64,000 nt of DNA from an uncultured Methanosarcinales archaeon (GCA_964637115.1 CAZWVL010000007.1:1-64000), one strand, 5' to 3'. Shown: positions 9,332 through 18,930, numbered from the stretch's first letter. Notes: generated by a model from the sequence alone, not told the origin. Translations and numbers: made by a program.

Positions 9332-10753
9332 ATGGTAGAAGCAGCACTTCTCATTTTCCAGAAACTAACACAGGAAGAAAAGAATGTTCTAAAAACATTT
9401 GAAAAAAGAATCCACGCTTTATACCCGTTCAAAGAGCAAGTAGGCTATCTGGTAAACTGGCTTGACCTGTGCAAATCTGACCCTGTAAGGCGTACGTCCG
9501 TGGAAGTGGCACTTTACACCCTCAAAAAACAAATAACTGAAGTTTTTGCAAACCTTAACTTTGAATCAGCAGCAGAAGAAAAAGGAACACTGGACAAGTT
9601 CGCAGGGGAAAAAAGACACTTGTATGAAGACCTGTTCAGAGACCAGACTTCCGGCGGCCTGGAAGCAGAACAGGCAGGCAAAAAAATAGCCACAATACTT
9701 CACGATACAGAAGAAGAACTCAAAGCAATCGGCAAGGCGCAGACCTCGCTTGAACATTTCAAAGAAGGAATAGTGCTCTTCCAAGGAATGATAAAAAGAG
9801 AAAGGGAACTATCAAACAGAGTGCATGAGCTTGCAGAAGAGACGATGAAGTTCGGCACAAACATTGACATCGATCACCTCATGCTTGAATGGAGAGAGTT
9901 GGCAAACGAGATAGAGAAAATTGTTCTGCAGGAAAAAGCACAGGTGTACGACAGACTGCAAAAAATGCTTGAAGAAAAAACCTGGGCAGAAAAACTCGTG
10001 GAAAAATATGAAGCACCAAGGAAAAGATGGTTGTTCTTTACCGCCAAGATAACAAAACAAGATATTGAAAAGGATGTTGCCACTCTTGTGGATTTGCCTG
10101 AATTCACGCATTACCAAAGCCTGCTCGTGAAGCACGCCAACCTGCTGACAAAAGAGGCGCTTGATTATTTGCAGGGCGAAGGAATGAAGCAGGCACAAAA
10201 AGGCAAAATAGCGTTTGCAAGGACGACACAAAATGCAACACACGATGAAAAAACAGGACTGCTCAGGGCGCACACTTTCAAAACAGTTGCTGAAGAAATG
10301 ATAGAACTTGAGATCAGACAAAAAGGACCATTAGCATTCATCTTCATTGACATTGACGACTTCGGCCAATTCAACAAGAAATACGGCGAAGAAATGGGGG
10401 ACAGGGTGCTTGCAAAAGTCGGAGAAATAATCAAAAAACATATCAGAAAAAGCGATGCGGCCGGCAGATGGGGAGGGGAAGAACTTCTGGTCATATCTCC
10501 AAACTCCGGATTAGTGGCAGGGCTGACAATTGCAGAAACACTCAGAGAATCAATTGAAAGGGAAAGCGCAGGAACAGCACCAGAGCCAATAACCGTAAGC
10601 ATTGGAATGACATTGCTCAGGCAGGATGGCAATACATTTGAAGAGCTTTTCAAGGTGGCAGACGAAAGAATGAGGCTTTCAAAAATGGGCGGAAAGAACA
10701 GGGTAACAGGCCCGAAACTAGAGATGCCAGCCAAACCTGTCATCACTCAGTAA
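9332..10753 (+). CDS. GGDEF-domain protein (diguanylate cyclase-like) with N-terminal helical/coiled-coil region
   Basis: HDEKTGLL, FIDIDDFGQFNKKYGEEMGDRVL, RWGGEEL, TVSIG, ADERMRLSKMGGKNRV. Confidence 0.9.
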   Translation: MVEAALLIFQKLTQEEKNVLKTFEKRIHALYPFKEQVGYLVNWLDLCKSDPVRRTSVEVALYTLKKQITEVFANLNFESAAEEKGTLDKFAGEKRHLYEDLFRDQTSGGLEAEQAGKKIATILHDTEEELKAIGKAQTSLEHFKEGIVLFQGMIKRERELSNRVHELAEETMKFGTNIDIDHLMLEWRELANEIEKIVLQEKAQVYDRLQKMLEEKTWAEKLVEKYEAPRKRWLFFTAKITKQDIEKDVATLVDLPEFTHYQSLLVKHANLLTKEALDYLQGEGMKQAQKGKIAFARTTQNATHDEKTGLLRAHTFKTVAEEMIELEIRQKGPLAFIFIDIDDFGQFNKKYGEEMGDRVLAKVGEIIKKHIRKSDAAGRWGGEELLVISPNSGLVAGLTIAETLRESIERESAGTAPEPITVSIGMTLLRQDGNTFEELFKVADERMRLSKMGGKNRVTGPKLEMPAKPVITQ

Positions 10754-10803
10754 TGGTTACTTTTGCGAAATGTTTAAATACTCCTTAAATATACCTCATC
10801 GAT

Positions 10804-11337
10804 ATGAACCGCGTCATATGGGGAGTGAACGGGGCACAGCTGGAGCTTGAAAGACTCACGCACGAGGAAGACAAAATAAATCTTGACGTGATTGAAGTGC
10901 CTCATAAAAGCGGAAGATTCTTCTACGAAATTCTTGTTCATGGAAACGAACCAATAACGGCAGTTGATATCGGAAGCGCACACAAAGACATGCGGCTTGC
11001 AGATTCTATCAGCAGATATGCAGAAGCGTATGCAATGAGAAACAAACTCTCAACAATACTCGGAACTCCGCACAACTGCTATCAACGTTACGGGGAAAAG
11101 GTCCTGGCAGGACTTGCAACAACGGATCTTACTATACCTGCAGAAAACAGGCACATGTCTCCAGCAGCAGAATTAGGATTTGTCTTATCAACTCTCTTGT
11201 GCGCGCACACAATCGGATTTAACAAAGTGCAAAGCATAGGAAGAATAGAAACAGATGCTGGAGTGTTAAGAGAGGCGCTCGGATTCTTGTCCCAAAGCAG
11301 AAAAGGACAAACACCAGGAAGATACGAAGTAGCATAA
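10804..11337 (+). CDS. Hypothetical protein
   Basis: 177 aa ORF filling the gap, with TATA-like element upstream. Confidence 0.7.
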   Translation: MNRVIWGVNGAQLELERLTHEEDKINLDVIEVPHKSGRFFYEILVHGNEPITAVDIGSAHKDMRLADSISRYAEAYAMRNKLSTILGTPHNCYQRYGEKVLAGLATTDLTIPAENRHMSPAAELGFVLSTLLCAHTIGFNKVQSIGRIETDAGVLREALGFLSQSRKGQTPGRYEVA

Positions 11338-11347
11338 GCCAGCAACA

Positions 11348-11355
11348 TTTATAAA
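11348..11355 (+). promoter_or_regulatory. TATA box of eIF2-gamma (probably leaderless mRNA)
   Basis: AACA-TTTATAAA ending 23 nt before the ATG. Confidence 0.6.
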
Positions 11356-11378
11356 CAGTTTCTAGTTTTGTCGACGTA

Positions 11379-12650
11379 ATGGCTCCAAGAAAGAAAGCAA
11401 AAGCAGAAGAAGCTACGAAAGTTACACTCCAGCCAGAAATCAACATAGGCATGATAGGCCACGTTGACCACGGCAAGACCACTTTGGTACAGACTTTATC
11501 AGGAAAGTGGACCGATACGCATTCTGAAGAAATCAAACGAGGAATTACGATCAGGCTGGGCTACGCAGACGTAACATTCTACAAATGCAAAAAATGTGAA
11601 GGTTCGGATGCGTATGGTGTACAACCTAAATGCGCAAAATGCAACGGAGACGCAGAATTGCTTAGAAAAATATCACTTGTAGACGCACCAGGACACGAAA
11701 GCTTAATGGCAACAATGCTGTGCGGCGCAAACATCATGGACGGAGCATTATTGCTAGTGTCAGCAACAGAAAGCTGCCCGCAGCCCCAAACAAGAGAACA
11801 CCTGCAAGCGCTTGAAATAGTAGGAATTGACAACCTGATTGTCGTGCAAAACAAAATAGACCTTGTCAGTGCCGAGCAAGCCAAGAAAAATTTTGACGAG
11901 ATTAAAGCGTTCCTGAAAGGAACAAAATTTGAAAAAGTGCCAATCATTCCAATGAGCGCCATTCATTCAATCAACTTAGATGTTCTTATACAGACAATCC
12001 AGGAATTATTCAAAACCCCGCAGCGGGACATTACGGCAGACCCGGTAATGTTTGTTGCAAGAAGCTTTGACATCAACAAGCCAGGCTCAGAACCTGAGAA
12101 AATGGTTGGAGGAGTATTAGGAGGAGCTTTGAAGCAGGGCAAGTTGATTGAAGGCGCAGAAATAGAGATACTTCCAGGCTATGAAGTTCAAGAAAAAAAC
12201 CAAAAGATCTGGAAGCCATTAAAGACAAAAATTGTCAGTTTAATGTCAGGCGGAGACCACGTCAAGGAAGTCATTCCAGGTGGAAGCATAGCTGCAATGA
12301 CCAATCTGGACCCAAGTGTAGTAAAGAGCGATAAACTTGTCGGCAGCATGGTCGTGCTTGAAGGACAAGCTCCCAAAGTCTGGTACGAATTCCAACTGGA
12401 AACACATTTGCTTGAAAGAGTTGTCGGCGCAAAAGACAAACTCGTGGTAGATCCGATCAAGTTAGGAGAAATGCTTATGCTTAACGTAAATTCTGCAGCA
12501 ACTGTGGGTGTAGTCAAGGAACTTGGCAAGAACGTGGTTAAATGTGCTTTAAAGAAGCCGGTATGCGCGGACAAAGGCGCGAGAGTAACGATGTCAAGAA
12601 ATCTCGGACAAAGATGGAGATTAATCGGCTACGGAATAATCAAAGCATAA
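11379..12650 (+). CDS. eif2g: Translation initiation factor 2 gamma subunit
   Basis: GHVDHGKT, RGITIRLGY, Zn ribbon CKKC..CAKC, DAPGHE, NKID, RWRLIGYG. Confidence 0.97.
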   Translation: MAPRKKAKAEEATKVTLQPEINIGMIGHVDHGKTTLVQTLSGKWTDTHSEEIKRGITIRLGYADVTFYKCKKCEGSDAYGVQPKCAKCNGDAELLRKISLVDAPGHESLMATMLCGANIMDGALLLVSATESCPQPQTREHLQALEIVGIDNLIVVQNKIDLVSAEQAKKNFDEIKAFLKGTKFEKVPIIPMSAIHSINLDVLIQTIQELFKTPQRDITADPVMFVARSFDINKPGSEPEKMVGGVLGGALKQGKLIEGAEIEILPGYEVQEKNQKIWKPLKTKIVSLMSGGDHVKEVIPGGSIAAMTNLDPSVVKSDKLVGSMVVLEGQAPKVWYEFQLETHLLERVVGAKDKLVVDPIKLGEMLMLNVNSAATVGVVKELGKNVVKCALKKPVCADKGARVTMSRNLGQRWRLIGYGIIKA

Positions 12651-13155
12651 GCTTTCCATTCTTCCAATCACGATACAGCATCATAATAACAGATGCTTCG
12701 TGCAAAAAATCAAATTCTCCATTCAGAACACGATGGTAGAGTTCTTCGATTGAGAATGATTTGACTTCTTCCACTACATCACCATCGGGATTGGGCTTCT
12801 TTTTCTCTTTCAGGTCAAATGCCAGAAAATAAGTAATTGGAATAACAAAAGAATGTCTATCTTCAAGACAATGATATTTTTTGAATTTACCGGCAGCATA
12901 TCCTGCCTCTTCCATAAGCTCTTCCTGTGCAACCTGTTCTTCACTCAATCCGGGCTTGTCCATAAAGCCGGAAACAAACTTCCAGCGAGAACGGCCTTCC
13001 ATTGGACGCTTTTCCTTAATCATCAATACCTTGCCATCCTTGAAAGGAATGACCTGAACAGAAGAACGCAAGTAAGCACGCTCAAAAACAAACTGGCCTA
13101 TCGGCTCTTCTTTCATAGTAATGTACTTGCCAGTGTAAACGGTTTTCTCCCCCAT
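12640..13155 (-). CDS. NUDIX hydrolase (ADP-ribose pyrophosphatase-like)
   Basis: Nudix box GFMDKPGLSEEQVAQEELMEEAG. Confidence 0.85.
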   Translation of the reverse strand: MGEKTVYTGKYITMKEEPIGQFVFERAYLRSSVQVIPFKDGKVLMIKEKRPMEGRSRWKFVSGFMDKPGLSEEQVAQEELMEEAGYAAGKFKKYHCLEDRHSFVIPITYFLAFDLKEKKKPNPDGDVVEEVKSFSIEELYHRVLNGEFDFLHEASVIMMLYRDWKNGKLML

Positions 13156-13186
13156 AAAAGAAAGCTAAGAGCTACAGTATAAAAAG

Positions 13187-15298
13187 TTACCCGCCAAACA
13201 AACTCGCAAGCCACGCAAAGAAGCGCGCGAAGATATTGGTCGTAACGGGCTTTTCAACAACGGGCGGCAAGGGAGAACAACCGCAATTAATGCACTTGTA
13301 GCCAGGACCACAATCAATATCTGCCTCGCACTGCTCGCCACGCTCCAACAAATTATTGCCACAAACTGAAGGAGGAATCGGCTTGCACTTGCATCCATCA
13401 CAGAAGAATCCAGCCATACAGTCAGCGGTTGCCTCGCAATCCTCACCTTGTTCTAGAAGCTTATTGCCGCACTGAGTTAATGGCGTAAACGTGCAACTCA
13501 TACAGTCAGCAGCACAAGTTCCAGTTCTTCTAAACTGATCAGCACAAGGACTGCCAGGAGGATCACAAAACTCAGGTTTAGTGATTAAAGCGTCGCCGCA
13601 TTTAGGCGGAGCAGCGGGAACTTCAGGCTGTTTCTTCAACTTAGGATTAAAAGTAATGTAGACATTGCCCAAAGCACCGCCCCTTGATGCAGAAGCGTAT
13701 GAACCTGGAACTGTCAATCTAAGATCATCATTGTCAGAATCGTGGTCCCACGTGAACAAGATACCCCACTTGGTGAGGCCCTGCTTGATGCCGGATCCAG
13801 GACTCTCCAGTTTGAACGTGTAGCCAGGAACAGTAACTTGAGGCGACGGAACGTTCAGACCTGCGTATCCTGCAAAAGTCAACATTATGTCAGTAGTTTC
13901 ATCGCCCATAGGCTCGTCAAACAATCTTGAAGGAGTAATCACCCTGACAGTAAATCCAGGACCAAAGTCAACTTTACTGCCTCCAGGCAAAATAAATTTC
14001 GCTTCATTGCCGCTGATAGCGCCGTTATTCGTCTGGTCCATCGCCAAAGCATTTCCAGCGCCTACAACAAACTTATACGTGCCCTCGCCGACCAATAACT
14101 GGCCTTCCATTGTACCAGCATCAAATGTAGCGTCCTTTGTCGAGCCGGCAAGATCTTTGAAAACAATTCTGTTGTTAGTTGTATCAATGCTGTCATACTG
14201 CAAAACATTAGAAACACCATTCACGTCATCCTTGCTCATCACGAGGAAATAATCCTGTAAATTGATGTTAGGCGCGCCAGGCGCAGCAGCTTCCACAAAC
14301 ACAAAATTCCTGCCCTTGTTGCCGTACATACCCGGCATTTGCGCCAACGGGATTTTATACAGTTGTCCTCTCGAATTTGCAGAGTTCATCTGCAATTCAT
14401 CACCGCCTGATGTGTGCAATCGCACTTCATTGCCAGAAATGCCGCCTGAAGGAATACCTGAAGCGGGCGCAGTGAGACCTTTATAACAAATGTCAAAGTT
14501 CGGTACAAGCATCGCAGTCGGATTCTGCAAGTACTGCCTTACGCAATGCAAAGGAATAAGCTGCACGTCACCGCCCTGCACTGAGTCTGCCAGAGGAATG
14601 TATTGGATTGAGTAAATTGTCGGCTTGCCGCCGGACATAGTCGCCTTGATTTTAACCAAGGATTGAATGCTCTTTCCGTTAATCTTCGCGCCATTTGACT
14701 GATAATTATCATCAACAGCATTGCCGTCCATTAAGTCAATGCTGCCAAAACCGCCAAACATTCTGAGTTCTACCCTGTTTGTTCCAGTGTTGTATTCAGC
14801 ATCAACAATCGAAAAAGTTTCCCCCAATAATTTGACGTCTTCGTCAATGATGTCAGTCATCTTGCTGCCATCCAAAGAACTTCTCAAGCCGGCACCAAAA
14901 TCAACCTGATACTTGAACATTCCATCACCAGAATCAAACTGGAGGAAATCACTCACCCTGTTCTGTTCATCACGGCCAAAGAGAACGTGGCCGCCAGCAA
15001 AGGTTCCAGGCTCAGAAAATCTCAATGACTGTGTGTAATCTGTTGAAACGTCTTTTGCGTAAACGTTACCGCTTCTCAATGCAGAAAGCTGAGATTCACT
15101 CAAAGCAGTAATCTCATTAGAAATGTACTCGCCAACCTCTAAATCGATAATGACTGTATCTTCAACAGGAATAGAAGGACCAGGAACATACGAGATTGCA
15201 AACGGAACAGTCTCTGGATACAAAGAGACAGAAAGCATCATTATAGTGATGCCGAGAATGGCAATAATTGCAAGAATGCTTACTGGAACGTGCTTCAC
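13187..15298 (-). CDS. S-layer-like surface protein with C-terminal Cys-rich (DUF4215-type) repeats
   Basis: GTG start with AGGTGA SD; N-terminal TM helix; three CGxxxxExGExC-type repeats; C-terminal amphipathic FARFFAWLASLFGG. Confidence 0.7.
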   Translation of the reverse strand: MKHVPVSILAIIAILGITIMMLSVSLYPETVPFAISYVPGPSIPVEDTVIIDLEVGEYISNEITALSESQLSALRSGNVYAKDVSTDYTQSLRFSEPGTFAGGHVLFGRDEQNRVSDFLQFDSGDGMFKYQVDFGAGLRSSLDGSKMTDIIDEDVKLLGETFSIVDAEYNTGTNRVELRMFGGFGSIDLMDGNAVDDNYQSNGAKINGKSIQSLVKIKATMSGGKPTIYSIQYIPLADSVQGGDVQLIPLHCVRQYLQNPTAMLVPNFDICYKGLTAPASGIPSGGISGNEVRLHTSGGDELQMNSANSRGQLYKIPLAQMPGMYGNKGRNFVFVEAAAPGAPNINLQDYFLVMSKDDVNGVSNVLQYDSIDTTNNRIVFKDLAGSTKDATFDAGTMEGQLLVGEGTYKFVVGAGNALAMDQTNNGAISGNEAKFILPGGSKVDFGPGFTVRVITPSRLFDEPMGDETTDIMLTFAGYAGLNVPSPQVTVPGYTFKLESPGSGIKQGLTKWGILFTWDHDSDNDDLRLTVPGSYASASRGGALGNVYITFNPKLKKQPEVPAAPPKCGDALITKPEFCDPPGSPCADQFRRTGTCAADCMSCTFTPLTQCGNKLLEQGEDCEATADCMAGFFCDGCKCKPIPPSVCGNNLLERGEQCEADIDCGPGYKCINCGCSPLPPVVEKPVTTNIFARFFAWLASLFGG

Positions 15299-15396
15299 TC
15301 ACATCACCTTTTGTCAGTGTGGAAATATGTATACTATTTAAATGCATCGATGGAGAAGGCAGGGGAATTCTTATGATTAAGAAGACTTGCTCAGTA

Positions 15397-15813
15397 TTAG
15401 CGTACCCAATCTTCTAAAGGAAGGCGTATACTGGTTAATTTCTGTTCAAGGGCGGAATATAAACTCTGTGCAAATGCTAATTCTGGTTCTGAAAGCCCAC
15501 TTTCATCAACTACGAGATGCTCATCTTCGCCTCGTCTCAACCACATTCCTACAATTCTCCGATTCGGATTATATTTCAATGTCACAGTGATGTCTTTCAC
15601 TCTTGGTCTCCACGTATCATTGAAACTTCCTCTTACCTGCTCGAGAAGCGTGCGTTCTTCCTCTTTCAGAAACAGATACTCATCAGGACGAACACTCAGT
15701 AAATAACGACAGGTCATAGGTTTTTTCAGTTGTGAGCACATATAAATCTTTTGATTTAGAAAATCCTCACCTTTCCATCCACTTAACAAATATTTCTTAG
15801 AATAGCGCTTCAA
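15397..15813 (-). CDS. Hypothetical protein
   Basis: 138 aa, TTG start. Confidence 0.6.
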   Translation of the reverse strand: MKRYSKKYLLSGWKGEDFLNQKIYMCSQLKKPMTCRYLLSVRPDEYLFLKEEERTLLEQVRGSFNDTWRPRVKDITVTLKYNPNRRIVGMWLRRGEDEHLVVDESGLSEPELAFAQSLYSALEQKLTSIRLPLEDWVR

Positions 15814-15846
15814 ATAGTAAAAAATAAGCCCAGGATTACGGGTTAA

Positions 15847-15909
15847 TTACCCTTCGTAATCTTCCCAGTCTTCGTCCTTGAATTTCTTTTCTTCCTCTTC
15901 TTCAGGCAT
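15847..15909 (-). CDS. Candidate 20-aa acidic micropeptide
   Basis: MPEEEEEKKFKDEDWEDYEG*, starting 2 nt after the upstream stop; GGGAG upstream. Confidence 0.4.
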   Translation of the reverse strand: MPEEEEEKKFKDEDWEDYEG

Positions 15910-15911
15910 CT

Positions 15912-16052
15912 TTATTTCATACTCCCGGCTTTGCGAATCCATTCTCTTGCAATCTGCTTTGCAAGCTCCTTGTCCTTGATATGAGTCTTATCAAGGATAT
16001 TACTGCGTATAACATCAATCATCTTCACTCTCTTTTGCGGTGTAATAACCAA
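15912..16052 (-). CDS. 46-aa basic microprotein
   Basis: TTG start 5 nt after GAGGGGGTGA SD; MVITPQKRVKMIDVIRSNILDKTHIKDKELAKQIAREWIRKAGSMK. Confidence 0.6.
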   Translation of the reverse strand: MVITPQKRVKMIDVIRSNILDKTHIKDKELAKQIAREWIRKAGSMK

Positions 16053-16114
16053 TCTAATCACCCCCTCGTGATGAGCTTTTTTATGTCGAATAAGTATTTA
16101 AATCTTATGCACGA

Positions 16115-16492
16115 CTAACATTTGCTGGTGCACGAATTAAACAGGATATCGCATTTAGAAACGTACGAATTGAAACAGATTTCCCTGCTCTTTGAGTATT
16201 GCAGACGGCAGTAAGCATCATCGCCTAAATTCAGGCACAATTTCAAATCACGCCTGGCATAATTAGTGCACGTGTCAAACGGAGCCTTGTTTCTATATCT
16301 GCATTTATTGAGCTCTATAGTGCACCCGTTCATACACATCTTATTACGAGTAACGGGCACGACTGTCGACGTTGCAGAAGGCTGCACGACTTCTGCAGGT
16401 GATTCAACGACTGGCAAGTCAACAGCTTGGCCAGGCTGTTTTACAGCGCACGCTGCAAGCAATAAGAGAATTATGACTAGACCTCTTTTCAT
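16115..16492 (-). CDS. Cys-rich lipoprotein
   Basis: MKRGLVIILLLLAAC lipobox; P/S/T/V linker; C-terminal domain with 10 Cys. Confidence 0.75.
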   Translation of the reverse strand: MKRGLVIILLLLAACAVKQPGQAVDLPVVESPAEVVQPSATSTVVPVTRNKMCMNGCTIELNKCRYRNKAPFDTCTNYARRDLKLCLNLGDDAYCRLQYSKSREICFNSYVSKCDILFNSCTSKC

Positions 16493-16548
16493 TAGAAGCA
16501 CGAATAGAACACAATATAAAAATGTTAATAAAAAAAAGAAAACAGGAA

Positions 16549-16698
16549 TTACTTAGCTTTTCCGAGAATACGGAAGACTTTTGTGCCACAAGCACCACAA
16601 AGGCCCTTCATAGCACGCATACCATTCTTCATGGTGACTTCTTTTGCGTCCTTAATGGGTACTTGCTTCTTGCACTTCATGCATCTGCCTTCAACCAT
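16549..16698 (-). CDS. DUF5679-like zinc-ribbon protein (49 aa)
   Basis: MVEGRCMKCKKQVPIKDAKEVTMKNGMRAMKGLCGACGTKVFRILGKAK; GGAGGGG SD. Confidence 0.85.
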   Translation of the reverse strand: MVEGRCMKCKKQVPIKDAKEVTMKNGMRAMKGLCGACGTKVFRILGKAK

Positions 16699-16782
16699 CA
16701 AAATCCCCTCCTTAGAGTGTTATAAAGCCACATAAATAGATGTTCCAATATAAACCTTTGGTTTTCTACTAGAAATCGCTGT

Positions 16783-17379
16783 TCAGAGGTCTACAAATAT
16801 GCGGTGTTTCTCTTCACCACCCAATTCGGCCAATATACGCTTCATAACGGCTTTTTCAGGGTCTGGCATGAGTTTCACACGGTCTTTAATGTCTTTGAAA
16901 CTGTCAAACGGCTTTTCATCACGTTTTTCAATGATTTCCCACATATGCTTCTTGCCCAAGCCAGGAAGGAGCTCTAATTGGTGCATACGGGTTGTTAAAG
17001 GCTGCGATTTGTTAAAAAAGTCAACAAAACGCTTCTCGTTATTGTGAATTATGTCCTTTAGCACCATTTCCAGCTCACTTTTGGCAGTAGCAGATAGTCT
17101 TTCCATAGGCAACTTGCCAATAATGTGATGAATCTGGTCTCGCTTGCCTTCTCCTATATAGACTTCCTGCAAAGGCTGCAGGAAGACATCTTTCTTAGGA
17201 ACAAGCTCCAACAAGACAAAGTGCTCTTTACCGATAGCCTGAACTATGGGAGTTTTCTTATGAGAAGGCCTTGTGTCAAACGGATAACCGTGCGGCAGGA
17301 AGTCTAACACGACTGCTTGTTCCTCCCGAACGTGATGCTCTCTGTGCTCGGGTGACTGTTCTTGATGTGTTTCTTCCAT
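16783..17379 (-). CDS. DUF655 RNA-binding HhH protein
   Basis: VLDFLPHG, LTTRMHQLELLPGLGKKHMWEII; usual neighbour of rpo4. Confidence 0.92.
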   Translation of the reverse strand: MEETHQEQSPEHREHHVREEQAVVLDFLPHGYPFDTRPSHKKTPIVQAIGKEHFVLLELVPKKDVFLQPLQEVYIGEGKRDQIHHIIGKLPMERLSATAKSELEMVLKDIIHNNEKRFVDFFNKSQPLTTRMHQLELLPGLGKKHMWEIIEKRDEKPFDSFKDIKDRVKLMPDPEKAVMKRILAELGGEEKHRIFVDL

Positions 17380-17451
17380 ATCCGTTTTTGCTATCTTCTA
17401 ACATTTGAATTATGAGAAAAGCAATAGCAGAGGTGTATAAATAAGTTGTGA

Positions 17452-18549
17452 TTAACTGTCGAGACCCGGAGCTCTAACAACTCTATAAACTTCTCTTTTA
17501 AGAATGTCAAAATGATCAAAGGGATATGTTGCCTGAAGCTTCTTGAGTTTATCAAAGTCAACTTTAACTTCCGACGCTTCTGTCGGCAAGCCAAAAAGCT
17601 TTGAAGCATTTTCCCAGACTGCTGCCCGTATGTTCTCTGGAGACATGCCCCTGTTTTCAAGATACTGAATTACAGACGGCCACGCAGTGCCACAGGCTAT
17701 ACCAGAAGCAGGCTTGTCGCCTTTCTTATCATCAGCAGTATGAGGGGCATGGTCGCTTTCAATAAGCGGAATACGTCCATGCAGTAAACGATTTTCCAAC
17801 TGCTCACGCGTGCCTTCAGAACGCAACGGAGGATTGCACTTATACCACGCGCCAGCAGGACAATTAAGAGCTGCATCGCTATAAATAAAATGATGCGGCG
17901 TAATGCCGCAGCTCAACTTCAAAGTTCCTTGATAATTGTTGATAAAGTCAACCACATATGCAGTGCTCACGTGGCAAACGTGAAGCGTGCCCTTGAATTT
18001 AGCCGCTTCAGCCAGTTCAATCAAGTCTTTGAACGATTCAATTTCAGCTTCTTCCGGACGACAGATGGTGCTCCACGTCTGCGGATCTTTCGGATTATAT
18101 TTTTGGTCATCCATTAAAGCTTCTTTTTCGCAATGACTCATCAGCACTTTATCATAGCCTTCTTTTGCAAGCGTCTCAATGACAGAACGCTGCTGGTCTT
18201 TGTGAATAACACTCAAATCGCCGACTGATTTGCCCATATACCATTTCATGGCACGAATTCTATGGCTTTTATTTGTTGCTTCTACAGCACGCTTCACTTG
18301 CACAAGATCAGGAGTCAGGCCAATATTAACAAAAGTTTCCACTTGTGTGTTTGAAGAATCAGAAATTTTCAGATATTCCAAACAGCCATCAAGCGTTGTC
18401 AAAGGCGGATCAGTATTTGGCATATATGCAAGACGGCGGATTCCAACTGCTTCTGCCACTTGCATTGAACGTTGCAATGTTTCCTTGTGCGATTGCTTCA
18501 AATCGCGCCCGTGCCAGTGCAAATCAAAAATCGGATAAGACATGCGCAT
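17452..18549 (-). CDS. pyrC: Dihydroorotase-type amidohydrolase
   Basis: DLHWHGR, MPNTDP, KWYMG, HCE, HVCHVST, KCNPPLR, SDHAPH. Confidence 0.8.
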   Translation of the reverse strand: MRMSYPIFDLHWHGRDLKQSHKETLQRSMQVAEAVGIRRLAYMPNTDPPLTTLDGCLEYLKISDSSNTQVETFVNIGLTPDLVQVKRAVEATNKSHRIRAMKWYMGKSVGDLSVIHKDQQRSVIETLAKEGYDKVLMSHCEKEALMDDQKYNPKDPQTWSTICRPEEAEIESFKDLIELAEAAKFKGTLHVCHVSTAYVVDFINNYQGTLKLSCGITPHHFIYSDAALNCPAGAWYKCNPPLRSEGTREQLENRLLHGRIPLIESDHAPHTADDKKGDKPASGIACGTAWPSVIQYLENRGMSPENIRAAVWENASKLFGLPTEASEVKVDFDKLKKLQATYPFDHFDILKREVYRVVRAPGLDS

Positions 18550-18588
18550 CAGACTTACTGAATTACTTAAAAGAATTTAGCTAAATAA

Positions 18589-18930
18589 TTATACATATTC
18601 AGCAACAGTATCTGCAATCTTCTTGCAGGCTTCGGCTGTAACGGTCACGTTATAACCCTGAAGAATTGTCTTGACATCCTTCTGATTGGAAGGCATCAAG
18701 TCAACAATCTTGTGGAAATGCATTTCACGCAATCTTGGAACGTCAAGCTTCATCAACTTGTCAAAAAGTTCCTTGCCCTTCTTGGCATCCATAACATTCA
18801 TGCTTTCCAAATAATCAACAGTCTTCTGCGCCCTGAAGCCAAGCTCTTTGTCCCTGTCTTTGATACGCTTCATTTCAGCAAATAACTCAGTTGAGTTAAT
18901 TGGAGTTGTGTTCAAGATTTTTTGTGCCAT
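18589..18930 (-). CDS. rpo4: RNA polymerase subunit Rpo4 (RpoF)
   Basis: ELGFRAQKTVDYL...KIVDLMP...VKTIL; between L21e and DUF655. Confidence 0.88.
   Translation of the reverse strand: MAQKILNTTPINSTELFAEMKRIKDRDKELGFRAQKTVDYLESMNVMDAKKGKELFDKLMKLDVPRLREMHFHKIVDLMPSNQKDVKTILQGYNVTVTAEACKKIADTVAEYV

Noticed and set aside
9332-10753. GGDEF protein as Cas10/Cmr2
   Set aside because: The motif is GGEEL, not GGDD; there is no HD domain, zinc finger, cas gene or CRISPR array nearby.
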